From Octopus sinensis (taxonomy: Eukaryota), in the NCBI RefSeq assembly GCF_006345805.1, contig NC_042998.1, forward strand, positions 124,372,001 to 124,436,000: a stretch of DNA of 64,000 nucleotides. The letters run 5' to 3'. Below, piece by piece: positions 12,914-25,765 of this stretch. The notes under the pieces are model-generated. The model did no database searches, was not told where the DNA came from, and worked only from the letters and a program-made list of their open reading frames with translations. Both the position numbers and the translations under genes were made by a program. The stretch's first letter is position 1; each line of letters opens with the position of its first letter.

Positions 12914-14212
12914 ATGAGATGATAAGCACACAAGAACCTCCAGAGACCATGCCGTATTTCAGTTCAAACGGCTTCAATTCAATTCTTAGTTTTGCCATGA
13001 CCATCAACAAATTCCTCAGGGCGAATATTTTCGGTTGCCAGTTTACACCTTCGAAAGCCCTGCTTCACCCACAATCAGTTTTACGCTGAATGTTCAAGAG
13101 TAAGAAGTAAGAAACACTTTTTCATTTGTCCACCAACTGAAAAAACAAAATCTTCGTTTACTGAGATAATATAAATTAACTCAAATAATGCAGAAAATCA
13201 TCCTGGTCAAAAGACCGGTCTGTCGGATAGGATATGGTCTGACACGGAACAAAAAAAGTATTAAAGTAGAGTTAAAAAAAAAGAATTAAAATATCGTGAA
13301 AAAAAATACCGGCAACGACGGACTACTCAGCTAGTACAATATATAGCTTACATACATAATATATATATGAGGTTGTATACACATGTATATAAATAGATGG
13401 ATGTATGTATATGTAGGTGTCTTAGCGTGTGTATCAGCATGTGTGTATTATGTTTGGTTCTCGATTTCATTAAGGACTTTCTCCATATTTCCTAATGCGT
13501 ATTATATGTCTATCCATGTGTTTATTAACACTCTCGTATATCTGAATAAAATTGACATCATTAATAATATAGTGTTGCCTCACTTAGCAGTCGATTACAA
13601 ATAATCAGGAGACGATTGTTGTAAATGACAAAATTGTCAAGGCTTGTTTTCAAAATTATACAATGTTTAAAAAACAGAATATTTTAAGATCAATTTTTAA
13701 CGTGATCTGTCAGTTGAATTACTTCTATATTTTGTTTATAGTGGGAGTTCTGCTGTTTGCTGGAAATTTATTACAACTGTATCGTTGTTCAATCGTAGTT
13801 TCATCTATCTAATTATATTTAGCGTACTGCAATATAGAATTGTCTGGCTCCATGTTATGAAGCCTGTTCACCGGAAGTGAAAATGACACACTTGTGTATC
13901 TGATGTTACAATTCAAAATAATTCACATACAAATTTAACGTTTACTCTAAAATGTGTATACTGCATTGGATTTTTCAAGTAGGTTTTTGGTTTACGTGTT
14001 TGTAAATTCGTATTGATAAAGACGTTTTATCAGCTCGGTATTTTGTAATATATTGAAGTCACGAGCATACGGTTAGGTTTAGGAAACAATGCTCTGTTGA
14101 ATTAGTTAAGACAATTTTTTTACTCTCTATTCATCCGTAACTTTATTTTAACTATATTTTAGTAGGTTTGCCAACGACATTCGATTCTCATATATACACA
14201 TAGTTGGAATTT

Positions 14213-14345
14213 ACAAAAAATGCAAAAGACGAAGACAGGTATATAAACAACAAACAGGTGTATTAGTTTAACGCTCGGGAAGGTGAGAAAGTCATTTACG
14301 TTTCGAACCTACGCTCTTCAACAGAAAGGAACACGAGAAAATAAA
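14213..14345 (-). repeat. PLE pseudo-LTR-like repeat with hammerhead-like motif (14291-14329)
   Basis: Minus strand: CTTT-CTGTTGA-A-GAGC(GTAG)GTTC-GAA-ACGT-A-AATG. Same family as the direct repeats at 56930-57510. Confidence 0.6.
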
Positions 14346-14868
14346 CAGAGAGAGAATACAAAAAAGCTAGAGGTCAATCATGGCGGCTTGCTGGATGGAG
14401 GTGATCAGACAGGAGGTCTATAGTCACAGGCAAAGTACGATGCAAATATGCATTTAGTTCACGAGTGTATTGAATATATTGGAGGATAATTGTTACGTCA
14501 TTTTCTATCACCAAACAAAACAAAAACCACGTCCGTATCTAATATCCAATACATTATCCCATTACACTCAGAAACAGACACACACATGCACACACGCACA
14601 CACGCACACATACACACACGCACACAATCACACACACACATACACACTCACATACACACACACAACCTGACAACTAGCTATGATACTTGTGGTTAATGAC
14701 CAGTGAACAAACAGAATTGTCCTGTAAATATGCCCATCAATACATTTTATCTCCATAGGCAATAGAATGCGGCTGTAACTCTATATGCACGGATAATGAT
14801 GTAACATATCTGTCTAATTTATTAACTATTCAGTATAAGCTTACCTTACTTTTGCAAATCAGAGAAAT

Positions 14869-15771
14869 TACATTGGTGTAATCAAAAGTAGCAGGAAACA
14901 TTCTGTGTGGGACAAACTCGTCGTAATTTGAGCGTCGCGCTAGAAGCCACTTGATGCAACTCTCAGACATTATTTTTTCGACCGTTATCATCCTATATGG
15001 TCTTACTGCCACATGGTGCGTTTTTTGTTTTATAGTGCTTTGCCCCTGATCGTCGATTTTTGCGATGGCTGAAACGAAGAAACAACGTGCTTCCGTGAAA
15101 CTCCGTTTTCTGCTGGGGAAAACGGCGACCGAAATAGTTGTCATGCTGCAAAGAGCTTACGAGGGCGCTGTGCTATGAGCAGGACACAAGTTTACGAGTG
15201 TGTTTCTCGATTTAGGAATGGTCACTTGTCGCTTGAAGACCAGCCTCGCTCAGGTCGACCATCGACCTCCCGAACGGGAAAAAAAATCATGAAAATTAAT
15301 GAAATGATTTTGAAGGATCGTTGCCGAACAATTAACGAACTTGTTGATATGACTGGTGTGTCCTGAAGCCCTTGCCAACGCATTTTGGGCGTAGTATTGT
15401 GAATGAAAAGAGTTTTCGACAAAATTTGTACCTCGCTTGCTCACGGAAGATAAAAAAACAGTCACGATTGAATGCATGTCGTTAACTGAAAGAATGATTG
15501 GGAGTTGATCCAGACCATTTTTACGAAAGTCATCAGTGGTGACAAAAGCTGGTGTTATGGAATTTGCATATGTGGAAGACGTCAAGAAAAAAATCGACGG
15601 AGGCGTTAAAACACATCACTTTGCAAGAGTTCCAGCACTGTCTGGACCGGTGCATTGCTTCACATGGAAAATACTTTGAAGGTGATAAAAGTGTAACGAT
15701 GTAAAAATTGAAAACATGTAAAATATTTAAAACATTTCAGAATTCCGGTTTCTTTTCGGAACCACCTCGTA
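14869..15771 (+). mobile_element. Internally deleted mariner (Tc1/mariner) transposon relic
   Basis: From ATG 15065: MAETKKQRASVK..MSRTQVYECVSRFRNGHLSLEDQPRSGRPSTS (HTH region), KFVPRLL, SGDKSWCY (first catalytic D), then a jump to C-terminal CIASHGKYFEGD. Right end ..CCACCTCGTA is mariner TIR-like; left TIR degenerate. Confidence 0.85.
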
Positions 15772-17799
15772 AAGGTAATTTTTACATCGTAGGTTTTAAG
15801 TAGAAAAATTTACATAAAACCGATGTTTATAAGCACACACATAAATAAACCCGCTCATAGTTATGCCTGCGTAGTTCATTATATGTGATAGAGAATAGCA
15901 TATATAAATGTGTGTGTGTGTGTGTGTGTCTGTGTCTGTGTCTGTGCATGTATTTATGTGTGTGAGTGTTCATGTATGATTAGATTGGATTGGATTGGAT
16001 TGGAGAGTGTGAGAAGATCGCCTAATGCCAAAATTTTACAGCTTAAACTAGGTGCATTTCACTGCTACCATCACTGGCGAGTGAACCAGGTAACATACAG
16101 AAATGTGAATCATGAGGAGAGCAGCTTTGTGCTTGGGTATAAGGGGTTAAATTATGAAAGAAGCGGTCAGAGAAAAGCAGGATTCTTGCTGTAAAGGAAG
16201 TTCTTCACAACTCATATTTCAGAGAAAATGGGAATGATTGCGTGAGGCTGGAAAGAGATAAAATAGAGGTAATGGAATGTCATGATAGACATTCAATGAA
16301 CGAGATGAGTAGAAGTGAAAGGAGCCCGAAGAATCAGGTATTTGATCAGGTGGAGTTTAGAAGAGTGTATGCAGAAGGAGAGATGGTGAATGGCGACGAG
16401 AGGAAAAGTAGGTGACAACTGTAGTGATTGGGTAGAGTTGAAAAACAAACGAATTGAATGAAGGATAATGTATGAGTGATAACGAATGTTACATGGCTTG
16501 GAAGGTTAGGGTAAGAGATTTGTAACGATGCAAGTAAAACGGGAGAGACAGTATGGTAGTAATGACGATAAAGCAGATGGGGAAAGGACGTGTGGTAGAC
16601 TACATGCCGTTCGGTAGTTGACAGATGTGATAGATAGAGAGAGTGCATGAAGAAGATGAGAAGTATATGTTGGTAGAGAAGGAGGTATAATTTAGTGGCT
16701 CATTGTCGGGGGTCTAATAAATGTATAGTGTGGGTGGAAACTTCTGTTTAAACGGATGAAGAATATATAATAAGTGAAATAGTTCCGGGTAGTAAGAGAT
16801 ATAAGGGGTATCAAAATTATGTGCAATTAGAGAGATGACGTGCAGTGGAATGTCTAGTGCTGGAAATTGGGTGAATGGCCCAATACACACACACACACAC
16901 GCACGCACACACACAAACATACTATACTCGCCCAGACCTCGGTTTCTCCGACTTGGGTTGGTTTTCTCGGGAAATGCATATCACTATATACATTTGCCCA
17001 GTTTTCTCACATTAGATAACACTCAAGTCAAATTCATTTTTTCTGCAAACTATATTCAAAGGTAAAATATACAGGATCGAAATATCCGTTACATTTTCAT
17101 AACCATATATCGAATATCTTTTGTTATTTGATTGAGGCTCGAGGTGATTCAGAAGTAACTGTCAGACCAAACACACAGCACATTACCAATATCATATGAC
17201 AGAATGTTGATCAATTAAATGTCCGTGTTAAATGCAGTCCACTTCTCTAGCATTAATCCAAGCACAAGTGTTGAATTTCTAAATAAACTTTAAATGCCTG
17301 GCTAAACAGATAGGTTTCTTTTCCGTATCTACTTCTGACAATTACTACCACTCTATTCTGCGATAGTAATTTGCAATTGATAAATTGTTTGTTCAAATTT
17401 CAGTTGTTTAATAACGTTTTCCAGTGGTAAAACTACCTTTCGTAGCCTAGATTCTTTTCTAGGATAGTTTATCTTTAAACTACATAACACTAATGAAAAC
17501 AATGTTATTTCGAATGAATTTTATGTCAGAAAATTTTATGTTTCTAGAAATTTTTGCTTTTTCAATAACTGCCTTTAAAGATACTCTGTTACTTTACAGG
17601 CAACAATTGCTTTCTAGAGAAATATATACAAATTTGACTTGAAAGGATACACCACAGCGCCACCCTTATTAATGACTTGAAGACGATTATATGAGTCATT
17701 AAACAACAGATTGTTTTACAAAATACGCCGGGTAGTTTTAACTACATCGGTTTCAGAGGTTGGGTGGGTAGTATTTATGTAATGTGATGTCTACTGTCG

Positions 17800-18248
17800 G
17801 TAAGATTGGTTTCAAATTTGGCACAAGGCCAGCGATTTCTGAGGAAGTGTAAGTGTATATCGACCTCAGGACACAACTGGAATTTATTTTATCAACCTCG
17901 AAAAGACAGAATGCAAAGTAGACCTCAGCGATATTTCAACTCAGAAAGTAAATACAGACGAAATGCTGCTGAGCATATTGCCCGGCGTGCTAACGATTGC
18001 TAACTCACCTCTTTAAGTGTTGGTAATATTGGTTTCAAATTTTTTGGAACAAGGCTTGCGATTTTTTCTAGAGAAAGATAAGTCAATGTAATCGACTTCA
18101 GTACACAACTGGTACTCATTTTATAGACCTCGAAGAGATGAAAGGTAAAGTCCACCTCGGCAGAATTTGAACTCAGAACGTAAAGACAAACGAAATACCT
18201 TTAAATATTTTGCCCGGTGCGCTAACCATTCTGTCAGCTCACCACCTT
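17800..18248 (-). mobile_element. Two tandem degraded copies of SINE family C
   Basis: Both contain ATCGAC..CAACTGG..ATTT..GACCTCGAA..GACCTC.GC..TTT.AACTCAGAA.GTAAA.ACA..CGAAAT..GCCCGG.G.GCTAAC. Same family as 24045-24405. Confidence 0.75.
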
Positions 18249-18920
18249 AGCGTAGGTAATATCAATTGGCTGTAGTATATAAATGCACTACTGTGTTCGT
18301 ATTTATGGTAATAAATAATATTGTCAGAGATAAATACATAAGAAACTAATCTACTCTCCTATACTGTATTTTGACAAATTAGTTGACGTAATTTTTTCAT
18401 ATAAACTATATTTCTTTCGCCAAAGGTGAAGTATAAATTCATAGAAAGTTGATAAAATTCTAAATATGAAATAACGATGTTTCACGCACCTTCACCAAAT
18501 GAAGAGTATAAATCCATAATAATTAAATAAGATGCAGTTATAACGATATTTCACGCTTCTTGTGCTGTATCGAAATTAGGCTCGTATTTCAAATTGCTCA
18601 AGCAACTTAGATGTATGAAAGTATGAGATATTAAATTTGTAGTGAAGTTAATTAATAGTTATGTGGCATTTATATACTCTCGTGAAGTATATTAGTCGAG
18701 TGACAGATATACCCAGCCTCTTTAATATTATAGCGCTCCAGATTCTATTTAAGATTCTCATTCAGAATGTAATGATGTTTTGTCAGCCAAACATAAGCTA
18801 TCTGAAACGTCCTCCTATTTTATTTTGCTTAGAATTTGATTTCAAATTCTACCTTTCTCTTTTGCGCCATTTCTTGATAGTTTTCACTGAGACTCAATAT
18901 AAATCTATAAATATCATTAC

Positions 18921-19439
18921 TATGATATGTGACCTCCTTTGGTCATGAATGATCATGGAATTGCACCTAGAAAGTTACCCTCCGAGGTACAAGTCTGGGC
19001 AAGGTTGTTTTATGTAAGACCAGCAGTCGCCCACGCATACCAGCCTCCCCTCTCCACGCCACCGATGTTATCCAAAGGAAAGGCAAATACCGATACAGCT
19101 TGGCACCATTGACGTCGCAGCTCATTTATTAACGTGCAAGTGGCTGGGCACTCCACAGACACATGTACCCTTAACTTAGTTCTCGGGGAGATTCAGTGTG
19201 ACACAGAGTGTGACAAGGCTGGCTCTTTGAAATACAGGTACAACAGAAACAGGAAGAAAGAGTGAGAGAAAGTTGTGGTGAAAGAGTACAGCAGGTTTCA
19301 CCACCACCCACTGCCGGAGACTCGTGGAGCTTTAGGTGTTTTCGCTCAATAAGCATTCACAATGCCCAGTCTGGGAATCGAAACCGCAATCCTACGAACG
19401 CGAGTCCGCTGCCCTAACCACTGGGCCATTGCGCCTCCA
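18921..19439 (-). mobile_element. Long, possibly composite tRNA-derived SINE (family D)
   Basis: Minus-strand head GGAGGCGCAATGGCCCAGTGGTTAGGGCAGCGGACTCG..GGTTTCGATTCCC. Head shared with 52166-52445; 3' part is the reverse complement of 40200-40380. Possible imperfect TSD TATCA(T/C)TAC. Confidence 0.8.
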
Positions 19440-21444
19440 ACTATCACTACCAATCCTAAAATAATCTTACCAAAACTATTGGCATGCCATGAAAGTAGTG
19501 ATTATGAATTTTGTCAAGATCTTTGTACAAAATGTTAACCTAACATTCAAAAGGAAGGACAATATTCCAGCTACCGTATCATCCCAATTATTTGATTAAT
19601 CGTACCAACATATTCAAAACATCTAGGACTAAAGGCTAAAAAGAAAAATTTCCAAAGGCTTTGCGTCTCTCCGGGTTTTAAAGCCATTTTCATCTTTCAG
19701 TGTACTGGCGTGTTTACTTGTATTTGTATTTCAGTGCTACTGTATGTAAATTATATGTGTTTGAGTCTGCCTTCATGTATACTCTCATTATAAGTTATTT
19801 GTGATGTACGATACAGTTGCCAACGGATTCTTGTGTTCTTTTAAGTTGTTATTTTTGATGTAGTTTAGTGCGAGATGGGGTCTGATCATTAGATGTATGA
19901 TCAAATTTCTGGCAGCCGTCAGAAATCAATCATGCATCTACAGGACTAAATATCTAATCGCCCCCTTTAAAAACCCGCTGTGTGATTTAAGCGTAGCATG
20001 CCTACCATTAGTACCTATACATTGTGGTTTCCTATGATAATTACATCTTTATAAGTAAAGTTCCTTTCGATCGATACGTGTATATATGTATGCATATATA
20101 TGTATATTGTCCTTGAAACTATAAAATTATACATCAAATAACACCTGTAATATTACAACTTATAGAATGTCTTCGGTCCTTTAACTACACTCACTATTTC
20201 CATACCTATTACCCACCCTTTTCGGGTTATCTTTATCTTTTCCCTGCATCTAATTTTAATCCCCTGTCTCTTTATATGTAGGTTATATGTATTTCTTATT
20301 ATTTTCTATAAATTCTTATTATTTTGTTTTTCTTATTTAGAGATCTTTACTTATTAACCTCTTATCCTTTATAAATTGTTATCTTTTACTTAAATTGATA
20401 TTTTCAATTAGTTAAGTCTATGCGAGATATTTTATACTATATCCGTATAAATATTTATGTAAATGCATATATGCACATATATATGTATGTGTATCTGTAT
20501 GCATTTTCACACTTTCCTGATTCATAGCTTTAAATTAATAGATATGTTGTATATCCTTCCAGTTACTCCATATGTGAATGCCTTGAGCAGTCTTTATAGA
20601 AACCACCTAATAATTAATTAAGTACATGAATGGATATTAAATTTATTCTATGCAATCTTCCTTTTTAGTCTTTATAATTGATAAATACACACCTTTTACC
20701 TATTTTGGTTATAATATCATTTTAAAAATTCTTCAATTATATTTTTATACAAAATAACAATATTGTTTATAAACATTACCTCATAGTGCCCCTAAATAAA
20801 ACTTCCTCTGTATTAACATCTTAGTTTCTTAGCGTCTTGCCCCTTTAACTGGTAATTAACATTATGATTTAAAGTCTACCCCTACCCTGCCTTTTTTTAT
20901 AGACAGTTACTTATATCCAACTGACTACTCCTAATGTCTATTTCCTCCCTGAGAAAAAGGGATACATATGATAATATTTATGACCATATCTAGCCATGAG
21001 CTGTCATCTCACTCTTGTCGTTTATTCAAATTAGGCACAGACTTCTGGTCTCAAATTTAGTAGTTGATAAAGAGATAAATGAATTAGAAATGAATTACAA
21101 ACATTACAAACATATGAACCCCACTATGCTCCGTGCGATTCTTAGAAGTTGTTAGATTATTCTTAGCAACAATAGCGACAATATAATTTTCTTCCATCCT
21201 CTTACTCTGAAAATATTTAAGAAAAATTTATATTAATATGGCCTACTTGTTAAAATTCCATTTTTTATTTGTGCAGCTGAAGATAGCATTGCATTTAAAT
21301 TGATGTAATGATAGCATTGTTCAATTAAATGGGGTCGCTTCAAACGGTCGTACTGCATTACTACTTGATACCCTGTTGCTTATTTTGATTATATATATAT
21401 ATATATACATACGCACACACTATCATATATATTGTTTTGTTGTT

Positions 21445-21632
21445 TTATACTTGTATTCAGTTGCCTGTGGCCAGTTGCAGTACCGCCTTTAATCAAATAA
21501 ATTTACACCAACACTCGTTGTTTGTAAGCCTAGTCATTATTCTATTGAACTCTTTTGCCGAACCGCTAATAAGGTACGGGGACGTGAACACAACATCAGT
21601 TGCCAGTCGGTGGTGGAGGGGACAAACACAGA
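21445..21632 (-). mobile_element. Repeat family B copy
   Basis: TTTGCCGAACCGCTAA..ACGGGGACGT.AACAC, as in 12467-12678. Confidence 0.7.
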
Positions 21633-21706
21633 CACAGAAATGCATACATACATATATATATATACAGATATATATATATTTATATATCAAACAAAAAAAT
21701 TTACAG

Positions 21707-22013
21707 TAACGTAACAGGCGGCAACAAAACATCCGGACAGTTAGACGATAGAAAACAGGACAGGAAAAAGAGCAAGGGCGGTTCATTCGGAACTTCCTAT
21801 CTTCAGTCGAGTACCAGATTATCTTTGCAGTTTCCGCCGGTTGCACTCGAGACTACTCCAATCTGGCCAGCCCGAAGAAAATCTAAGCTAAGAGTACTAA
21901 ATTCCTTGGACGAAAACAAGAACGAGAAAAATGGAGAAAACGTACATAATTACAAGTACGCAAAAGAGGGCACTAACAACAGGTGTCTTTCGACTAAAGA
22001 CGAATTAAATTAA
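21707..22013 (+). CDS. Candidate terminal coding exon of an unidentified host gene (~101 codons)
   Basis: Non-repetitive open frame ..GGNKTSGQLDDRKQDRKK..PIWPARRKSKLRVLNSLDE..KDELN* after TTACAG (21701-21706). Locally higher GC, but no polypyrimidine tract and no recognised domain. Confidence 0.3.
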
Positions 22014-22094
22014 GCTGGCATGTGTGGAAGTGAAACCTTACGGCTGGGACATAAGCAATGAAAGTCATGGGTAGAAATATAAGAGATGCTTCAC

Positions 22095-22258
22095 GGATGG
22101 GCCTCTTTCAGTTTCCGCCTACCAAATCTACTCACAAGGTTTTCGTCTGCCTAAGACTATAGTAGAAGACACTTGCGCAAGGTGCCATGCAGTGGTACTG
22201 AACTCGGGTCAGTGTGGTTGGAAAGCAAGTGTATTAACACACAGCCAGTTCTGCGCCT
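22095..22258 (-). mobile_element. tRNA-derived SINE, family A (diverged)
   Basis: Matches 12718-12881. Confidence 0.8.
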
Positions 22259-24044
22259 ATGTGTGCGTATATATATATATATATATATATACAAAGATGT
22301 ATGAAAGGGTGTCTATATAAATATGCATATATATATATGTGTGTGTGTGTATGTATATATTGGTGTACGTGCGTGTGTATGTGAGTATGAGTGTTTTCGC
22401 GAATATAACACGCTTCTCTGGTGCAATTATTTTCAACATATATAGTCAACGGGTACATGCTTCAACTATTAGCAGAGAAAACCTTGGGAAGCATTAGGTA
22501 CTGTGTACCGAAGTTTAATTCCTGTAGTTATGATTATTTCTTTTTTCATTCTTTTTATGAAGTATTGTAACCTATGAAAGGTCAGGTAGGATATGCACTG
22601 TGAAAAAATGGATGCCAACGTAATGAAGAATATAGAATGTAGAAATGAGACTTTATGTTCATGAAGAGGCGAGAAAATGCAAGGAGTAATAGAGAATAGG
22701 GTAAAAGATGAAAAGGATGCTAAAAAAAAAAAAGAAGCAGCCAAAGGCAAATTTGTATAAGATAAGGGTAAAAAGGAAGCAGAAACGAGAAATTTGTTTG
22801 AAGTTGCACAGTAAACTATATTAAATGGGATCAATGAATAAGCATCGGAAAAAGTGTTATGGAGAAATTAGGAGCCTACAGCATGTAGATTGCGAAAATA
22901 GTTATAGAAGCGTAAACTGACCTCCGTTAGAGATCTGCTTCAATGATCTCCATACAGAAGCATTTTCACATAAAAGTAGTAAGGTAGTAGGGAATAAACT
23001 GGAGGGAAATAGAATTGTATAGAAAATAGTGAGAGATGAAAGGAACAAGAAGTGCTGAAGAAAAAGTTAAGGGGTTAAATTTAATTAAATTTGTTTGCCA
23101 TGTATATCAATTATTATGAAGCTACTTGACCTGCTGAAAATATTACACAAATATTCTTAGAATTAGACATGTCATCTTAATAGGGGAAGCCACATTTCAA
23201 AATATTGTCATTGATACCACATTAGTGAACAAATGATATTACTAAACATGACAATTTTTTTCAGATATCTTGTGTCAGCGTTTTCATTATAAATGCTTGT
23301 TTGTGTGTGTACCTATACAAACATGCACACATAGAAACATATACATGTGTATGTGTGTGTAAGGAAACATATTCATCTGCGTGTGTGTGTGTGTGTGCGT
23401 GTGTGCGTGTGTTTAAGGAAAGAGGTATTTAATAGAAACAACGATACATAAAAATTTGCTTTAAAGCTACTAATCAAATATCGATTTGAAAATATCAAAA
23501 CATAGGAAATGAAATTAACACGATTATACTTTCTTAGTTACATCTTCCTTCAATAGTTCGCAATAATCGAACAGAATAGAATATTATGCTACAGTATCAG
23601 TGATTTGTAATTGTATTTAACACCTGAAGATATTTCAAATAACTTTACAGGAAGTTTAAAGCAGAAAAATTGAGAAAATAACTGAAATTGCTCCCACGGG
23701 TAATCAAATATTCTTTTATTCTGATAATTACATATGAATAGTAAATTCTCATTTTAGATGGAAATGAAAACGCATTAATTTTATGTGGATTTGTACAGGA
23801 AAATGCATATGCAACATCGAGAAGTTCTGAAGTACAGTTCACAAGTACGCGGTCCTCGGTTCGATCCCACTGATGGTATTTTTCACTCGCACGACTTACT
23901 CGGAAGGAATTTTTTGGTGATATCTTGCGTTTTAATAAAAAGAAATATGAGAAGTAATTTCTAAGAAAACAATTAAGCAAAGGAAATATTATGTCCGGTT
24001 ATCCCCAATAATGAAGAAAAAGATCTTATCTACAGATATTTGAA

Positions 24045-24405
24045 TACTTTTCTACTCTAGGCACAAGGCCCGAAATTTTGGGGGTGGGGGCAGGCGATAG
24101 GATCCACCCCAGTACGCAAATGGTACTTAATATATCGACCCCGAAAGGCGGTATTTCAACTCAGAACGTAAAGACAGACGAAATACCTATTTCTTTACTA
24201 TCCACAAGGGGCTAAACACAGAGAGGACAAACAAGGACAGACACAGGGTTCAAGTCGATTACATCGACCCCAGTGCGTAACTAGTACATAATTTATTGAC
24301 CCCGAAAGGTGGAAGGCAAGTCGACCTCAGCGGAATTTGAACCCAGAACGTAACGGCAGACAAAATACCGCTCAGCATTTCGCCCGGCGTGCTAGCGTTT
24401 CTGCC
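24045..24405 (-). mobile_element. tRNA-derived SINE, family C, with internal duplication
   Basis: Minus-strand head GGCAGAAACGCTAGCACGCCGGGCGAAATG..GGTTCAAATTCC (B box). The ATCGACCCC(A/G) block occurs repeatedly. Confidence 0.78.
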
Positions 24406-24470
24406 TTAGAATACTTGAACGCTAACGTATGAAGGCACACAACACACATACTCAGATATGTACCTGCCCC

Positions 24471-24519
<49 letters not shown>

Positions 24520-24525
24520 ATATAT

Positions 24526-24686
24526 GTCGGGTTTCTTTGAGTTTCTGTCTACCAAATTCACTCGCAAGGTTTGGACGGCCTGAGGCTATACTAGAAAACA
24601 CTTGTCCAAGGTCCAACGCAGTGGGACTGAACTGGAAGCCATATGGTTGGGAAACAAGCTTCTTACCACAGACCTTCACTTGCGCC

Positions 24687-24688
<2 letters not shown>
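24526..24688 (-). mobile_element. tRNA-derived SINE, family A (diverged)
   Basis: Matches 12718-12881. Confidence 0.8.
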
Positions 24689-24751
<63 letters not shown>

Positions 24752-24752
24752 T

Positions 24753-25206
24753 GTGTCCAACATGAAATTCCCTCCATTTTTTTCTTTTTTGCAATGTTTC
24801 GGGTCTTACAACTCTCTGTGCGTGCATCAGTACACCATCGCAAATTGAGTATAGTTTCACGTTTTGCACCAATCCTGTTCCTATTTACTTTTCTTATCCA
24901 CAGTATTCTTTTCATTTGTGTTATGAACTTGACCTTTTCCGAAATTTCGTTTTATGTCACCAAGTGTCACCGGTAGTTTGCGTACCACACTCCACATTGC
25001 ATTTTTCATTTCTCCTGTTGATCTTTATGTTACAAATACTGTATCTTCGAATGTCTCGCAGTGTTTTGGCATCAGTCTGGCTAAACCATCCGCATGCCCT
25101 AGTTTCTTTGACAGTAAATATTCCATTTTGTAATCATAAATCAGTAATGTAGTGCCTCATCGCTGTAGTCTGTTCACTGTGTGTGTTGGTATTCAGTTTT
25201 TAGAAC
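24753..25206 (-). pseudogene. Ty3/Gypsy pol fragment (end of RNase H to start of integrase zinc finger)
   Basis: Minus strand: GSK..IPTHTVNRLQR*..LLIYDYKMEY..KKLGHADGLSRL (RNase H end), then YSICDGVLMHAQRVVRPE..EFHVGH (HHCC start). Contains stops and frameshifts. Confidence 0.8.
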
Positions 25207-25246
25207 CACTGGAAAAAGGATATATGTATTTGCATCGAAAACCGGT

Positions 25247-25301
25247 GATTGTCGTGCGCTGATGACGGGTCAATACTCAGAAACTGCAGTCCGTGCGTAT
25301 C
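25247..25301 (+). ncRNA. Type I hammerhead ribozyme with canonical core; predicted cleavage after C25291
   Basis: Stem I CGTGCG/CGTGCG (6 bp, including 2 G-U) extended by GAT/ATC. CTGATGA at 25259-25265, stem II GGGT(CAAT)ACTC, GAAA at 25280-25283, palindromic helix III ACTGCAGT, GTC triplet at 25289-25291. Confidence 0.8.
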
Positions 25302-25765
25302 ACTTAGGTTGACGAGAAAAGGATGACCTCCATTTGCAAATACCGATAGGGCACAGAAAGTGTGTCAATAGCCAGCTGATTGGGATGGAGGATGTTATCG
25401 AACATATAACTGATGGATAAGTGGAACATTGTCATGCAGTTACTGTCTATACTTCGTTCAGAGATTAATTATTGCTTGTTTACACTTTTTCAAGATCAGT
25501 GACGAAAAGTCACTGGAAAAAGGATATATGTATTTGCATTGAGATCCTTCCATCGAAAACCGGTGATTGTCACGTGCGTCGTTGAAGTGTTGCTTTTTGC
25601 GGAGTTGGAGTTTATGATATTGTGAGTTGCAGAAATTGTTATTAGAAATTTTATTGTTGAAAGTACTATTGTAGTTGAATTGTGAAAATTATTTTGTAGC
25701 TACCCTTTGTGGGTATGCAAACAACAAGTTAGGCCCAGGCAGCAGGCAAAATCCTGTCGCCCGAC

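Noticed and set aside
19360-19439. tRNA genes at SINE heads (also 52380-52445, 1543-1610, 12810-12881)
   Set aside because: They have A and B boxes but run into SINE bodies and lack a complete cloverleaf acceptor stem.
19850-21000. Possible ancient LINE endonuclease relic (minus-strand RLDI)
   Set aside because: One short motif amid many stops; not enough to call.
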